A stretch of 64,000 nucleotides of DNA from the NCBI GenBank assembly GCA_043228905.1, contig JBHGNT010000004.1:19282001-19346000 (forward strand). Reading direction: 5' to 3'. Shown in pieces: positions 26,340-39,804 of this stretch. The DNA is from Azolla caroliniana. Its lineage: Eukaryota; Plantae; Polypodiophyta. The position numbers were made by a program, and so were the translations under genes. Position 1 is the first letter of the stretch. Every line of letters begins with the position of its first letter. The notes below the pieces were generated by a model. It made no database searches. It was not told where the DNA came from and saw only the letters and a list, made by a program, of their open reading frames with translations.

Positions 26340-28494
26340 AGAATCATATCCAATTCTTTACAGTCTCATTAAGTTAGTTCCAAATGTGGCATCTCTTGAG
26401 TTATTTTATCAATGGAGACCTATTTCTTTAATGGGCGGTTGTGTAAGATATTCACAAAGGTCTTGATAAATAGATTACAAAGTATTTGCCAAAGTTGATA
26501 CATCTCGCCCATATATGGTTTTATTGCATGTAGAAATATATTGCATAATGTATTAAATGTTCAAATGACCATGAATTATGTAAGAAACACTCATCAATAA
26601 TGGATTATAGTGTAATTAGATTTGGAGAAAGCTTATGATTATGTTAAATGATTCCTTATTTCCGAGTTAATGCAACAATGGGCTTTGGGCCACATGTCTC
26701 ACCTCATTTTTATTAGGACAAGATGCAGTTTCTCAAGTAATGCTTAATAGGGGAATTACATTCGATATTGTCATCACGAGATTTGTTCGTCAAGAATGCC
26801 CACTTAGCCCATTGTTGTTTGCTATTGTTACTCATCCCTTGTTAGTGATGTTATCAACATTTGCAACAAATGATGACATTGTAGGTCTACACCTTTTATC
26901 TAGAGGGCAATTGGTAGCACATGCTTTGGTAGATGATTAGTTCATGTTTCTATGAGCCTCATGTAAGAATCTTGAGAAGGGGTTGCTTGTATAGGACCAA
27001 TTTGCATTGGCTTCCGGATAATATATTAACTAGAGGAAGTCTAGTCTCCTACCATGTACTAAAAAGGATTTGGAATGTGTAGGATGACAAGGATTTGTGG
27101 TTAGCAAAGGCTCTATTTTTTTACACTTGGGGTATCCATTGGGAATGAATGTTATGAATGGTTAATTAATTAAATGGATGTCAAGTTAAGGGATAAGTTC
27201 ATGTGTTTGAAGTCACAATCTTGGCCATTTCACCTACGCGTTAAGGTTGTACAATGTATTATAGAACCCATGATATTATATTACTTCTCGTTGTTGCCAG
27301 GGACAAAGAAATATCTATGCATATGATGGCCCATAGATTTTCATTATCACAAGAAATGTGTTCAAACTCACAAACATGTCCATAACTATGAACATATGTA
27401 TTTCACTTAAGATTCCTAGCTCTTCATGTGCACAACACTTTGTTGTCTCATGGCAAGAAGCACTCTCATTATGTGTATGGAAATTATCATCTAGTAGAGA
27501 GCATTATAATTCTTTGCAAAAAGTTATGTTGGCCTAGAAATGAGAGATTGCGCTCTTAGTTTAATTGCATCTTTCATTTTGGGGTCAAGGAGGTTGGAGA
27601 TATAGTTGAGGCTCCATCTCAAAGAATTTTGGAGTTTGTTGAAGTGTGACAAATATTACGCATCTCGCCCAATTATGGATTTATCTAGCAACTATACAAT
27701 ATTGCATTGATGCAAAAACCTTTTCCTTTACAAATAAAAGAACAATCGTGGATTGATTGGTGTTTACAGGGACAGACGTTGTTTTCACAAGGTTATCATC
27801 TAAGGCTCAAGAAAAATGGACGCTATATAACTTTGATCACGGATGGTGGCATATTTTAACGTAGTTCCCATTCTAAATTGCCCCTTGTAGCAAAGGTCTT
27901 CATTTAGGGTTCTAATTGGGGGTTGCCTTTCAGATTAGCTCTAAACTGACATGGACTAGCAACAAGCAATTGCTTCTTTTGCATTATTCAAATGGAAGAT
28001 AGTACTCATCATTTCATACAGTGTCTGATTGCTTGTTATATTTGAATTTACATTTCTCAAATTTGGCAAGTTTTAGCACAATGTTATTTGACGCAAAGAC
28101 AATGGGTGTTTGCACAATTCACATAGGTTGACCCGAAATCTGAGGCAGAGATTGTTTTCCTATTTCTAAGGTATTGGGGATTGCGTCGTAATTGGGATAT
28201 ATTCAAATTTGGCAAGTTTTATCACGATGTTATTTGATGCAATTCAGATAGTTTGACCCGAAATCTGAGATGGAAATTGTTTTCCTATTTCTGAGGTATT
28301 GGGGATTGCGTCATAATTGGGATATATGCAATGCTTCTGTATTTGATGGTAGGCATGGAGTCAAATCATATCTAGAAAAGTTGAAGGTAGTATTAATGTG
28401 GCAATTTCCTTTATTGGAACAAGTGGAAATTCTTTCCTCAATGGAGTGTTTATCTTGCCTATTGGCAATTCTACATGTTTCACTACCCATGTAG
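26340..28494 (+). mobile_element. Decayed L1/Tx1-like LINE ORF2 (RT and zinc-finger region)
   Basis: QWRPISLMGG, DLEKAYD, VRQECPLSPLLFAI, ALVDD, LGYPLG, C-terminal CFFC...H...C; internal duplication at 28062-28330. Confidence 0.8.
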
Positions 28495-28527
28495 TTAATG
28501 GGTGACCATACTCCATTATGACACCCA

Positions 28528-28693
28528 TTGTAAGTAGCTTAGTTGGTAAGGTTGCCCAATCGAGACCAAGTGGTCATGGGTTCAACCCCTACATTCCACA
28601 ATGGCATCATGGAGTAATAAAAAGGTGAGAAAATTAGGTTTTGAATCCAAGATATAGTCCTAGTAGTGTAAACGAGAGAGAGAGAGCTACTTT
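28528..28693 (+). mobile_element. Short tRNA-derived element (SINE/MITE-like), same family as 39228-40024
   Basis: A box TAGCTTAGTTGG, B box GGTTCAACCCC; homologous to the inverted copies at 39.2-39.8 kb. Confidence 0.65.
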
Positions 28694-30023
28694 ATTCTAC
28701 TCGTTACATACAATCAATCCATTTTTGTTATAATCTATATGTGTTGTCTCTCCTCTCAATAAAGTGTTGTTTGTATTTACATCCCTTAAAGTGATTAATT
28801 GTGCACTCTCTCTACCACGATGTCCAAAATTACAAGTGTCCTTGCTATCATTAAGGTAGCTTACTATTGTCAACTGGCAACCTGTTCTGACCACCTAACC
28901 ACCACCATTCAACATCAAAGGGAACTAGCTCCCTCCATAGCTAACAAGATGTACCATTTATCTTGTTCAAGGCATCACAACCAGCCTACCATAGTCTTAT
29001 AAGTGGTTTGTCTTTGGGCCTTTGCATAGAAACCCAAGATGTGTTGTGGAGTAAGTAGATCGCATGACAACATCAACGTATGACAACCAACACTTGATAA
29101 CCATGATGTATAGTTACCCTAGCCATAGTTGACAAATTTGATGAATATCTCTTACTGATGGCACTGCCACCGCCACATTCCCCCTCATAACCCCGTGCTC
29201 CATTTCTCTCCCACATGCCCCCTACATGTTTGCAACTTTTACAAGATATCCCTACCACTTGTTAACTAGGCTTCCCACCCCCAAAAGGAAGAAATGGTGG
29301 TGACATTAATAATGTCCATTGCAGGGCTAATATGACCCAAGTATCTCACTAACACTTGCCCAAAAAAGAAGACATGATTGATGGCAATGATATATTAACA
29401 TTCACATAGGAAACCATATGACTGTTAAGACCAAACCAATTGCTAGATACAATGCATTCTCCTAATTTGTGTACAAGGGGGAGGCTAACAACAAAGAAAA
29501 AGAAAAGCTCAAAACTAAAAGGAAAAAGTAACCTAGTTTCCAAATGTCACTATTTTGGATCTTCAATTACTTCAACTCTATGGTCAAGTAGATGAGCAAA
29601 GAAAACTGTTAGAGTCATCCACAATGGTTCAATTCTTGTTAGGAGACCTTCAGAGAGAGTCAAAATCAAGGAACAATAATTAATTGTACAATAGTGTGAA
29701 TAGCACATTTAATTGCTCTTTTGAGAGTTGATCAAAGAGTGTTTGCAAAATTATGGATCATTTGGGGCAGAAAGAGAATCATTGTAATATTTCTAAGGCA
29801 TTTCCAATTGCATTATAGTCTCCCATGTCCCCCAAGACTTTAATCCCCTTTGTTGCTATAGTTCATTATCTCCTTATTATCATTTTATAGTTCACATATT
29901 TCCTTCTTGTTACCTCTCTATCATTGAAACACCATTGTTAAGAATAGAGGTTGGGAGCACAATCTTATAATTCACCTTTAGTACTCTTGACTCTACTAAT
30001 TTCTCTATATTTTGCAACGTAAT

Positions 30024-30325
30024 GTATTGTTGTCTTATAGGCCATTTTGGTGTCTTAAAAGAAAATAATGCAGCTTTCTTTCTTTCTACACTTATATATG
30101 ATATAAACTTTGATATTGAGCCCTTACACCACCATTCATTCAAGTTCTAACCTTGGTTTTATCATTAATTGTAGTGTTGTCTTATAGGCCATTTTGGTGT
30201 CTTAAAAGACAATAACGCAGCTTTCTTTCTTTCTTCACTTATATATAATATAAACTTCGATATTGAGCCCTTACACCACCCACCATTCATTCAAGTTCTA
30301 ACCTTGGTTTTATCATTAATTGTAC
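30024..30325. repeat. ~150-bp near-identical tandem duplication
   Basis: GTTGTCTTATAGGCCATTTTGGTGTCTTAAAAG...CATTAATTGTA occurs twice. Confidence 0.85.
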
Positions 30326-31299
30326 TTGGAATGATCTTGTAGTAAACTGAGCCTTCATCTCATCCAACATTGTTCAAGTTCAAATCTTAGCTTTATTATT
30401 TTCCACACTGAACATTCTCTTTACATGTCATAATCCTTATCTTGAGCCTTCAACCCTCCATCATTGTTCAAGTTCAGATCTTCATTTTTATCAGTGCTTA
30501 CACTGAACATTAGAACACCCTCCTTTGATTACTAATGTCCTTATGAGTAGGATTCATCCAACTACTAGTCTTACTATCATATTTACTAGAATTATTATGT
30601 TTCAAGCTCGAACATCAGCTTTGTCATTCCTATATTGATTGTACTCTAAGAAGTTTGCACACCCTCCTTGATTGTTATGCTTTTTATAATTTGGTAATCC
30701 CAATGCACTGTTCAGTGTTGATCTTCCTTATCAGTTAGGATCAATCCAAGTTTAACATCAGCTTTGACATTCCTATATATTGATTGACCCTAAGAAGTTT
30801 GCACACACTCCTTGATTTTTATGCTTTTTATAATTTGGTAATCCCAATGCACTGTTTTTTTCCTTATGAGTTAGGATCAATCCAAGTTCAAGTTTTACCT
30901 TTGGAGTATCTTTCTTCCAACCTTTGGTCTCTTGAAGAGTCAGAATCATGACCTTAAAAGGAAAAAGAATAAACACTGGCGTCCACATGATAATAACAGG
31001 TTAGAGTGCTTAACCCTTCCAAGGCAAGGTATAAAGCTAGACATGACAATAATGATAATAATACACAATAAATGAGGATGATTATTATGGTGATGATAAT
31101 GCATAAGGAACAACGTTGGAGCCAACCAAGACTGAATACAGCAAATACTTTCAGAACATCTTATAACTTATTATTTGTAAGGTCAGCTGAATGCAACAAT
31201 AGCTTTATAAGCATAGTAGAATGAATTGAGCCAAACAATGAGGTGAGAACTTTCATTTACCTTGCTCATAACAGTCACATGATGCAAGATAATAACATT

Positions 31300-34200
31300 T
31301 CAGTTTGGGAGATCCAAGTCACCGTTGTCTAATTCCACTGCAGTTTGGATGAGACGTTGAATCTCATATAGTGTCTTTACCTTGAAATGGGGTTGTTCTT
31401 CATGTGGAAGACAAGGTAAGTCATATTTGTCTGTCTCGTCCAATAGACACGTTAGTGCCCCTGCACGGTTCCCACACACAATCTGCACCAACAAGAAGAT
31501 TTAGTTTTTGCCTTCAAGGAAACAATCACTAATCTGTTATTTAGATATGGGGAATGACAACCTTGGTTCTTATATATACATGCCTTTCATATGGAATCCA
31601 GTGACTATAGCAAAGAATACAAATGAAAAAATGCATTTAAAACAATCTTTAACTCTAGAATATTACTAGTATTAAAAAAAAATCAACTCAAAAGGAAAAA
31701 GAAGACGCACAACCTTGGTTCTTATATATACATGCCTTTCATATGGAATCCAGTGACTATAGCAAAGAATACAAATGAAATAATGCATTTAAAACAATCT
31801 TTAACTCTAGAATATTACTAGTATTAAAAAAAATCAACTCAAAGGAAAAAGAAGACGCACAACCTTGGTTCTTATATATACATGCCTTTCATATGGAATC
31901 CAGTGACTATAGCAAAGAATACAAATGAAAAAATGCATTTAAAACAATCTTTAACTCTAGAATATTACTAGTATTAAAAAAAAAAATCAACTCAAAAGGA
32001 AAAAGAAGACGCTTTCAATTCGGCTTTCAATAAGCCAAATTCCTGAAAGTGAGGTTACAGTAATCATTTATAGCATCAGGTCACATTCTGCAATGCGGAT
32101 ATCATTGCTGTGAAAATGTCGAAGACTTGTTAGCAAATAGCCTTAGGCCATTCACGACTTATTCAATACTCCAGGAAACAAACGTTAAGAACTCAGAATT
32201 AGTTCACCAAAACTTACATCATCCTTGGGACTGTCTCCCACCATCATGACTTCTGCAGGAGGGACATCCCAAGTCTTGCAAATATGAAGAAATGGAGCCG
32301 GATGGGGTTTGTAAGGGAGGAATTCTCTGCCCAATGCTGGATAAAATTCCTTAATCTGGCTCACATCAAGAAGAAAATCTCTGGAGAATTGTCAAACGGG
32401 TGATACAAGCTAGATAGAGAACCATTTCTGCATTTTGTAAACTTTTATATGCATTTATGTAGTAATCCAAATGTCCATTTTAAACAATAAAACAAACATG
32501 GTTATTTTACAAAAGGTTTGTGATATTTAGGGTGGAACAAAACATTGATTCATCATACCCTACAATACTTTAACCTCAGAAGCGATCATGAGGACTCATA
32601 AATATGTGGCCATAACACATTAAGCATACCTACACAATGACCTATTTGTGCTATTTAGGGGTTCCAATGTTGTGGCTAAGAGCTTTAGATCTGTTCCACC
32701 CGGCCAAACACAGCCTTGGAGCTCTTAGCTATACGATTAAATGATTCAAATAATTATCCTTTGAAACCATTGCATTACCCATACGACCGAGATCAGGTCT
32801 AATCTGACCTAATATTGTTTACATAATCTTGATCTTTATTTATATTAATAACTATGTCTTAATTAACATCTTAATTCTACTAATACTAGATGAATATTTC
32901 AATTAGGATACAAAACACTCTCTCTTCTATCATCTTACAGACTCTTCCCCATGAAAATAATCCAACCATATCCCAGTTCAGAACCCTGGTGGTCCAACAC
33001 GAATTCAGAGCTCTTAGTCACAACACTGATGGAGTTGTTTCATATTCCAATTGTAAGGGGACCTTGGGGGAGCAATCATCAATATGTAATCAAAGCATAG
33101 GAGTTTCTACGTCCGTAGCACATTATTTACATTCAGAAGGGTACTATTTAAAAAGGAAAAGGTAGCCTTTTATTCATTAGAGAATCCACAAATAAAGGAG
33201 TTTTTAAATAATCAAAGGCAACCACAATATGTGAATGAGTCAAGCAAAACAGTGCATTCTGTCCATTAAAATGTGAATGATTAAACAGGCAAAATGGTGT
33301 ATGCATCCTTTATAACGTGAATGATTAAATGGGCAAAAGGGTTGCATATAATTCATTAGAATAGTGAATGATTGAATAGGCTAAAAGTGTATTTTATTCA
33401 TTAAAATAGTGAATGGATTGAATGTACAGTTGAAAGGAGATTTTTTACGTTTCAGAGAGAGAAAGGTGAGATATATTGACGTCTATTAGGGACCCCAATC
33501 AACTGACATAGAGAGAGAGAGAGAGAGAGAGAGAACATACCCCAAATTGTGAATGAAAAAAATCAACCGATGCCTTGACATTGCGGGTGATAATGCCCCT
33601 TCTGCTCCAAATGAAAATTTGATTGAACTTGAGAGGATAGTCTGATATCAAAGTGTTCTTTTTGTATGTCTTCTTCTTACCTCAGCTTTCTGGAGTCAAG
33701 AAAATGGCAGAGCCCAAATGCACCTGAACAAATCTGAACATAGAAATCAGTTATGGAGATCTTGAAAAAGTTTTAAGTGGGCACTCCCTCCACTACAATG
33801 ACTTTTCTTTTCTCACTTGTCCTCTAATGGTTCTGTCTTCAATTCCTTTCTTCGGTTAAATTTCCTCTGAACTCTCTTCTCAGATCCTAACAAAGAAGTA
33901 GATGAAGCAGTGAAGAAGATCGATTTGATAAATATGGAGATGTCATCAGCCATCCCAAGGTGCAAAATTTTGAGTTTTACAGGCCAAATGAAGTTTTCAA
34001 TTGTTAGAAACCTTAACTTTTTGGTACTTGTGTTTTAGAAAAACACAATGCCTGATTGGCTAAAAGAGTAATGTTCTTGTACTGTTCCATGGTGCTGAAC
34101 AATGACAAGGAACAAAAGGAAGGTTTCCATTGTAAAGCAACCTTCAATGAAGAAGATGAAATGAGCTCGTTTCCTAGGGAGATCGAGATCGAAAAGAAGA

Positions 34201-35440
34201 TTTCCATTGCAAGAAACCCTACAAAAAGAGTTATGGAAGGCATATATATCTGTGAAAGGTTGAGCTTGATCTCCTAAGTTCAGTATATTTTGCCAAACAA
34301 AGATTGGTACCAAAAGGAAAGTTCTAACTGTTGTATTGGTTAGAGAAATCCTAAATGTGGTGACTGACTGTTACACAAACTGTAACAAAGCAAACTGATC
34401 TGTTAAATGTGAAATGATGAGCTCACAGGAAGATTTCCAAATTCTGAAAGGTAAAAAATCTTGTGAGCAAGATGTGAACAAAAAGAAGCCCTAATTGACA
34501 TAACTATCAGAAAACCCTAACGAAGATGCTTGCTTCATCTGCCAAAAAATAATAAGGATATAGGCATAAAGATTTTTCAAGCTGCTGAAAGACAGCCCAT
34601 TTCTGACAAAATCGAAGCTCGCCATTACAGTAAGAAGCACGAACCCTACAAGTATTACAAAAGGAGACTGAAACATACCATTCCAAGCGGCCATTACGGA
34701 TAGGGTTTCTTACTCCAATGTAGAGCTGGTAAACCATTACCCCTTAATAATTTTACTGCAGAAGAAGACCAGGCTGCTTCTGCAAGGATTTTCGAGCTAT
34801 ATACTATGTGGGGCATCGCTATTGCAGCGCGGAACCGTAAAGATCGATCGGTCTCCTTCTGTAATACAGTTACGGACTAGGATTCCTTGCTCAATTTCAT
34901 TCAGCAGACTATGCTTCTGGAATGGAATGGACTGATTTGGTAGAAGGACAGAGAGACAGAGACAGAGAGGGGGGCGTGCAGAGAAAGAGAAAGAGAAAGG
35001 CGGAGATTGAAAAGAAGAGTTTCAGAGTAATTGCCTGGCATGATCTGGAGGCGAAGGCGAGCGTCTTGCTCGTAGCGATCGATGATCTGAAAAGCCTGGT
35101 GCTGCTGGGCGGGGGGCCATTGATGGATCTCATGGAGGACATCAATGGGAGAGCCAGAGACGACGCCCGGATGCTCAGGCCCAAGGATGTCTCTGTACAT
35201 CTGCCTGAAATCGATGACGGGGACTGTCAGGGTCCCATCCATGTCGAACACCACGCCTTTCAGACGCCCAAGCCTCGCAGAAGCTGAAGCTGAAGCTGAA
35301 GCAAAAGCAGGAGGAGGAGGAGGAGGGACGGCCATGGCTGCTAAGGCTATCATGACGGCCTTCTTCATGAAGCGAGAGAGCTCTATATGTATGTATGGCG
35401 AGCAGCAGAAGCTCTGATGTTTCGTGGTGATGGCAGCCAT
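31300..35440 (-). CDS. Haloacid dehalogenase (HAD)-like hydrolase; exons 35440-35035, 33723-33681, 33601-33541, 32355-32218, 31482-31300
   Basis: Motif I FDMDGTLT, motif II ITRN, motif III YKPHP, motif IV MVGDSPKDD, then CGNRAG. Exon phases are consistent. The start codon may be a downstream ATG. Confidence 0.93.
31557..32012. repeat. Three near-identical ~152-bp tandem copies in HAD intron 4
   Basis: ACAACCTTGGTTCTTATATATACATGCC...GAAAAAGAAGACGC x3, differing mainly in poly-A length. Confidence 0.92.
33230..33430. repeat. Diverged ~45-bp minisatellite, about five copies, in HAD intron 3
   Basis: GTGAATGA(TT)...GC(A/T)AAA periodicity. Confidence 0.65.
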
Positions 35441-35459
35441 GGATCTGCAGGAGCATACT

Positions 35460-35467
35460 CCTCACAC

Positions 35468-35511
<44 letters not shown>

Positions 35512-35952
35512 ACACACACACACACACACTCACTCACTCACTCACTCACTCACAGATAGAGAGAGAGAGACACACACACACATAACACGCATAGAGAGAG
35601 ACACACACACACATACACACATAGAGAGACAGAGACAGAGACAGAGACACATAGAGAGAGACAGACACACACATACACACATAGAGAGAGAGAGACAGAG
35701 ACAGAGACACACATAGAGAGAGTGAGAGAGATAGACACACACACACACACACACAACACACATAGAGAGAGACAGAGACACACACGCACACACATAGAGA
35801 GAGACAGAGACAGACAGACACACACACACATAGAGAAAGAGAGATAGAGACACACACACACACACATAGAGAGAGACAGAGACAGAGACACACACACACA
35901 TAGAGAAAGAGAGATAGAGACACACACACACACACATAGAGAGAGAGAGAGA
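35460..35952. repeat. Compound (GA)n/(CA)n microsatellite with higher-order structure, immediately upstream of the HAD gene
   Basis: Recurrent CACACATAGAGAGAGACAGAGA units. Confidence 0.95.
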
Positions 35953-37049
35953 GGTCGCGGGTTCGAAACCTTTATTCCTTCGCCTCTCTTTTTTTTCAAA
36001 CTTTTTTACTTTCTACATTTTTTTTTAAATAAACCCCCTTTCGTGTTTTTCCTTCTCTCTTTTCAGGGTTTTTAGATGTTTTGTTTTTTCTCTTTTTAGG
36101 GTTTTTTTGTTTTTTCTCTTTATAGGTGTTTTTTTTTTCCTCTCTCTCTACATTTCTAGGGTTTTTAAGGAAAGTAATTATATATATGCACTTCATTGAT
36201 ACCCACCAAAAACCCAATTCATTGTTCGATAATAATAATAATAACCTCCCGAATCTCCGATGAGTATGTACTTCCAAATTATATGCGCTCTCTCCTCTGG
36301 GCATTTTAACAAAACCTTCTATGTGTATATGTCCTCCTCCGATGGACTGGTTCGAAAGAAGCATGTGCTGGAACCTGGTACTCATCTCTTTAAAGACTAA
36401 AAAACCTAATCGGAGCCCATCAATCATGACTCTCCATATGTATACACACCTTCCACGAAATGGCAAATGGGAATGTCATCCATGTTACAATATACCGCCC
36501 ACCACCTTGCATTCGACTTACATAATACATTCCATGCCTTCTCGGCTTTAGGTTATAGCCAAAATAATGATGCCATTTATTTGTAGCGACTTTGTAGCAA
36601 GCAAGTACCGTGCTTTAACCGCCAGATCCACCCAATGCATTGTACCATCAGCTCTCATTGGCAAAGATCCATGCAACAATGGTATATCTCATAATTTCTC
36701 CCAAATAAATCCATAATTTGGGGGATATATATAACCATCGTTCAGCATCTTCAAAGTTCAACCACCTTTGAGATTCATTATCAACCACATCCCCCCCAAT
36801 TCTGTAACCCCCAACTGAAATAAACAATTGAATTGAGATCACAACTTCTCTTTTCCATGCCAGTGTAGCGATTACGAATAAACTAGCGATTCAATTTGTC
36901 GTGAATTACAACATTCTAGATTACTTGATGGTGACCATTCAAAAAAAGATAAAGCATATTGTCATGACCTTACTGGTTGTTGCACACATACAAAATGTTG
37001 AATCTCTAAAGGAATACATCCATTGAGCAATGCCCACAACAACACTTGA

Positions 37050-39210
37050 ATCTTAGTTTTCCCATGCACCAATCCTTCATGTCATGAAAATATTGCATCG
37101 TAAATATACATGGTTGATCTTGCCGATACATATCTTGTAATAATGCAAATCTATGGGCCATCAAATGTGTTCCCAGTTTCTATATTCCAACATCACCTCA
37201 TTTCTCCCTTCCACCACAACATGAACCATAGAAGTTGCAACAATGACATGGTAAAAGATATAATATCATGACACACTGCACCTCTTTGAGTTGTAAATGA
37301 AATGACCATAATTCAAACTTCCAATACATAAATTTGTCATTTAATTTACTACTAATACAATCAATTGGTTGAACATTTGCAACATAATCACCCAATGGAT
37401 ACCCCGAATACCAATAAATTGATCATCATGTAAGCATTGACCCTTGTTATCCCAAACATTCAAAATCACTCATTGTACGAGAAATAAGACAAGCCTTCCT
37501 CCTCTTTATATGCGACCCTGAAGCCAAGGCAAATTGATCCCAAGCTTGTGTACTACTTTCAACTTTTATTTTGAGGTCTATAGAAGCATAAAAGAATCAT
37601 CAACGAAGGCTTGATGCACTAATTGTCTACCAAAAGGAATATTTAAACCCACAATATCACCACTAGCTATAAGATTGGACAACATTACTAATAAAGGATA
37701 TATAACAATAGTAAATTACACAATGGACTCTAAGCGGCACCAATCTAGTAAGAGAAACTTTGGGAGTAACTCACCATTAAAAATCACAAGAGATGTTGCA
37801 TTTTTGCACCATGAAAAAATAAGTTTACACATACAATAACCAAAATCATATATTATACATCACTTATGAGATAAAAGTATAATTAACATGATTATTTGTT
37901 GTTTCTAAATCAAATTGCACCATAATCATATTATGATGTGTACGTTGAGCATTATCAATAACCATTCGAATATTCAATACATTATGCAAGATATTTCTGC
38001 CTACAATAACACTATATTGAGATGGGTAAACGAATTGAGGTAAGAATGACTTAAATATGTTGGATAATGTCATTGCAAACACTTTATACAACCCACCATT
38101 AATGAAATAGGGCTCCATTGATGAAATGGCTCAAGAGATGGTACCTTTATTATCAAATTGATTAAGGTAACCTTGTAACTCCCAATCACTAAACCAAGAT
38201 CCCAACATTGTTGAAACATTTGTGTGAATGGTCTCATAAGAATGCAATCATAGTTTTTAAGGAGTTCATTTGCAATATCGTCCCAAACCGGACTAAATTA
38301 CCATTTAGAATGTGTAACAATGCCATTTCCACCTCAGCTCTTCAAAATCAACATCTAACTGTTGACAAATATTTGTATTCATAGTACACCTAACTTTATT
38401 ATAAAACTCTTGTCTTGCTTTAAACACATCCTCATCAATAATCAGCTATAGCCCGATCAAATTCTTAAAATGACAAATATATACGTCAATAACCTTGGTT
38501 AGGTCCACAACAATCCCATCTCCTATCTTAAATTATTATTATTATTTATTTACAAAATATACACCTTGGCATTATAAAATCATAAGAAATACAAAAGTTG
38601 TGTTAGATAAACGAATATACCAACTGATTCCCTTGTACTCACATCATGACTGATTTGATGTGTATATACAATAACCACACATATTTGTATACCATATCTC
38701 TAAGATTTTTGTGGTCTATTCCTCCCAAAGTGCAAATGAACATGCAATGTAGCTGATACCACTAGGATCTCTGGTAATAGAATCCATAAACAAAGTTAGT
38801 AGACATTGTTTCCCAAAAAGACGGGAACAATATACATCCTCTCCTATCTTAATTTGCACCACATATGAACAAGCAAGTGATGGTCTTAATCCTTGAAAAA
38901 ACATATGAGAGTGTGACTAATTATCTACAAACCCCTATTGTAATTGGTGTAGTTTTGCCGTCTAATAACTTTGACAATACAAATTCTTCACAATGTCCTG
39001 TAAGTGAACCCGAAGAACCAAAAGTTCATCATCATGTGAATTATGCATCAATAAAACATTGCATCCTGTAAGAATATGTGAAAACTTATCAATCAATTGC
39101 TTATGTGTTAGAGCATTAGTCAAACCATACACACGGTAAATGTCATAGATGTGTTTTAATGTTGTGTCCCATGCATGCCACCCCTTTGAATTAACATGTT
39201 CTAAAAACAT
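37050..39210 (-). mobile_element. Decayed L1/Tx1-like LINE ORF2, same family as 26340-28494, opposite orientation
   Basis: WSPISLM, GRNILHNVLN, QAFVDDS, FMYWKFELWSFHLQLK parallel the plus-strand copy. Confidence 0.72.
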
Positions 39211-39227
39211 ACCATACTCTCTCTCTA

Positions 39228-39298
39228 CTAGATGCCACTATGGAATGTAGGGTTGACCCCTTGACCTTCTGGTCTCCAATCAACAATATTACCAACTA

Positions 39299-39341
<43 letters not shown>

Positions 39342-39525
39342 CGCAATTAGTTTACCTGAATGGTAAGTCGTTTACATTATTGGCAGTACATATTGGGTTC
39401 AAAACCCAAATTTCTGACTTCTCTATTACTCCATAGATATCTCTTATTTCAATAGATGCCATTGTGGAATGTACAGGTTGAAGCCATGAGCACCTGGTCT
39501 CCATTGGGCAACCTTATCAACTGAG

Positions 39526-39578
<53 letters not shown>

Positions 39579-39760
39579 GTAAGTAGCTTACCCAACGGTA
39601 AGTCGTTTACACTAGTAACACTATATATTGGGTTCAAAACACAATTATCTCACATTTCTATTACTTTATAGATATCTATGATTTCACTAGATGCCATTGT
39701 GGAATGTAGGGGTTGAATCCATCACCACCTGGTCTCCATTGGGCAACCTTACCAACTGAG

Positions 39761-39804
<44 letters not shown>

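Noticed and set aside
28533-28600. Possible tRNA gene
   Set aside because: A and B boxes are present but there is no acceptor or anticodon stem; treated as a tRNA-derived repeat
32677-32730. Small hairpin GCTAAGAGCT...AGCTCTTAGC in HAD intron 3
   Set aside because: Only 10 perfect bp plus wobble pairs; no TSD or second copy seen
35387-35999. Cys/Val/Ser-rich ORFs
   Set aside because: Translations of (GA)/(CA) microsatellite
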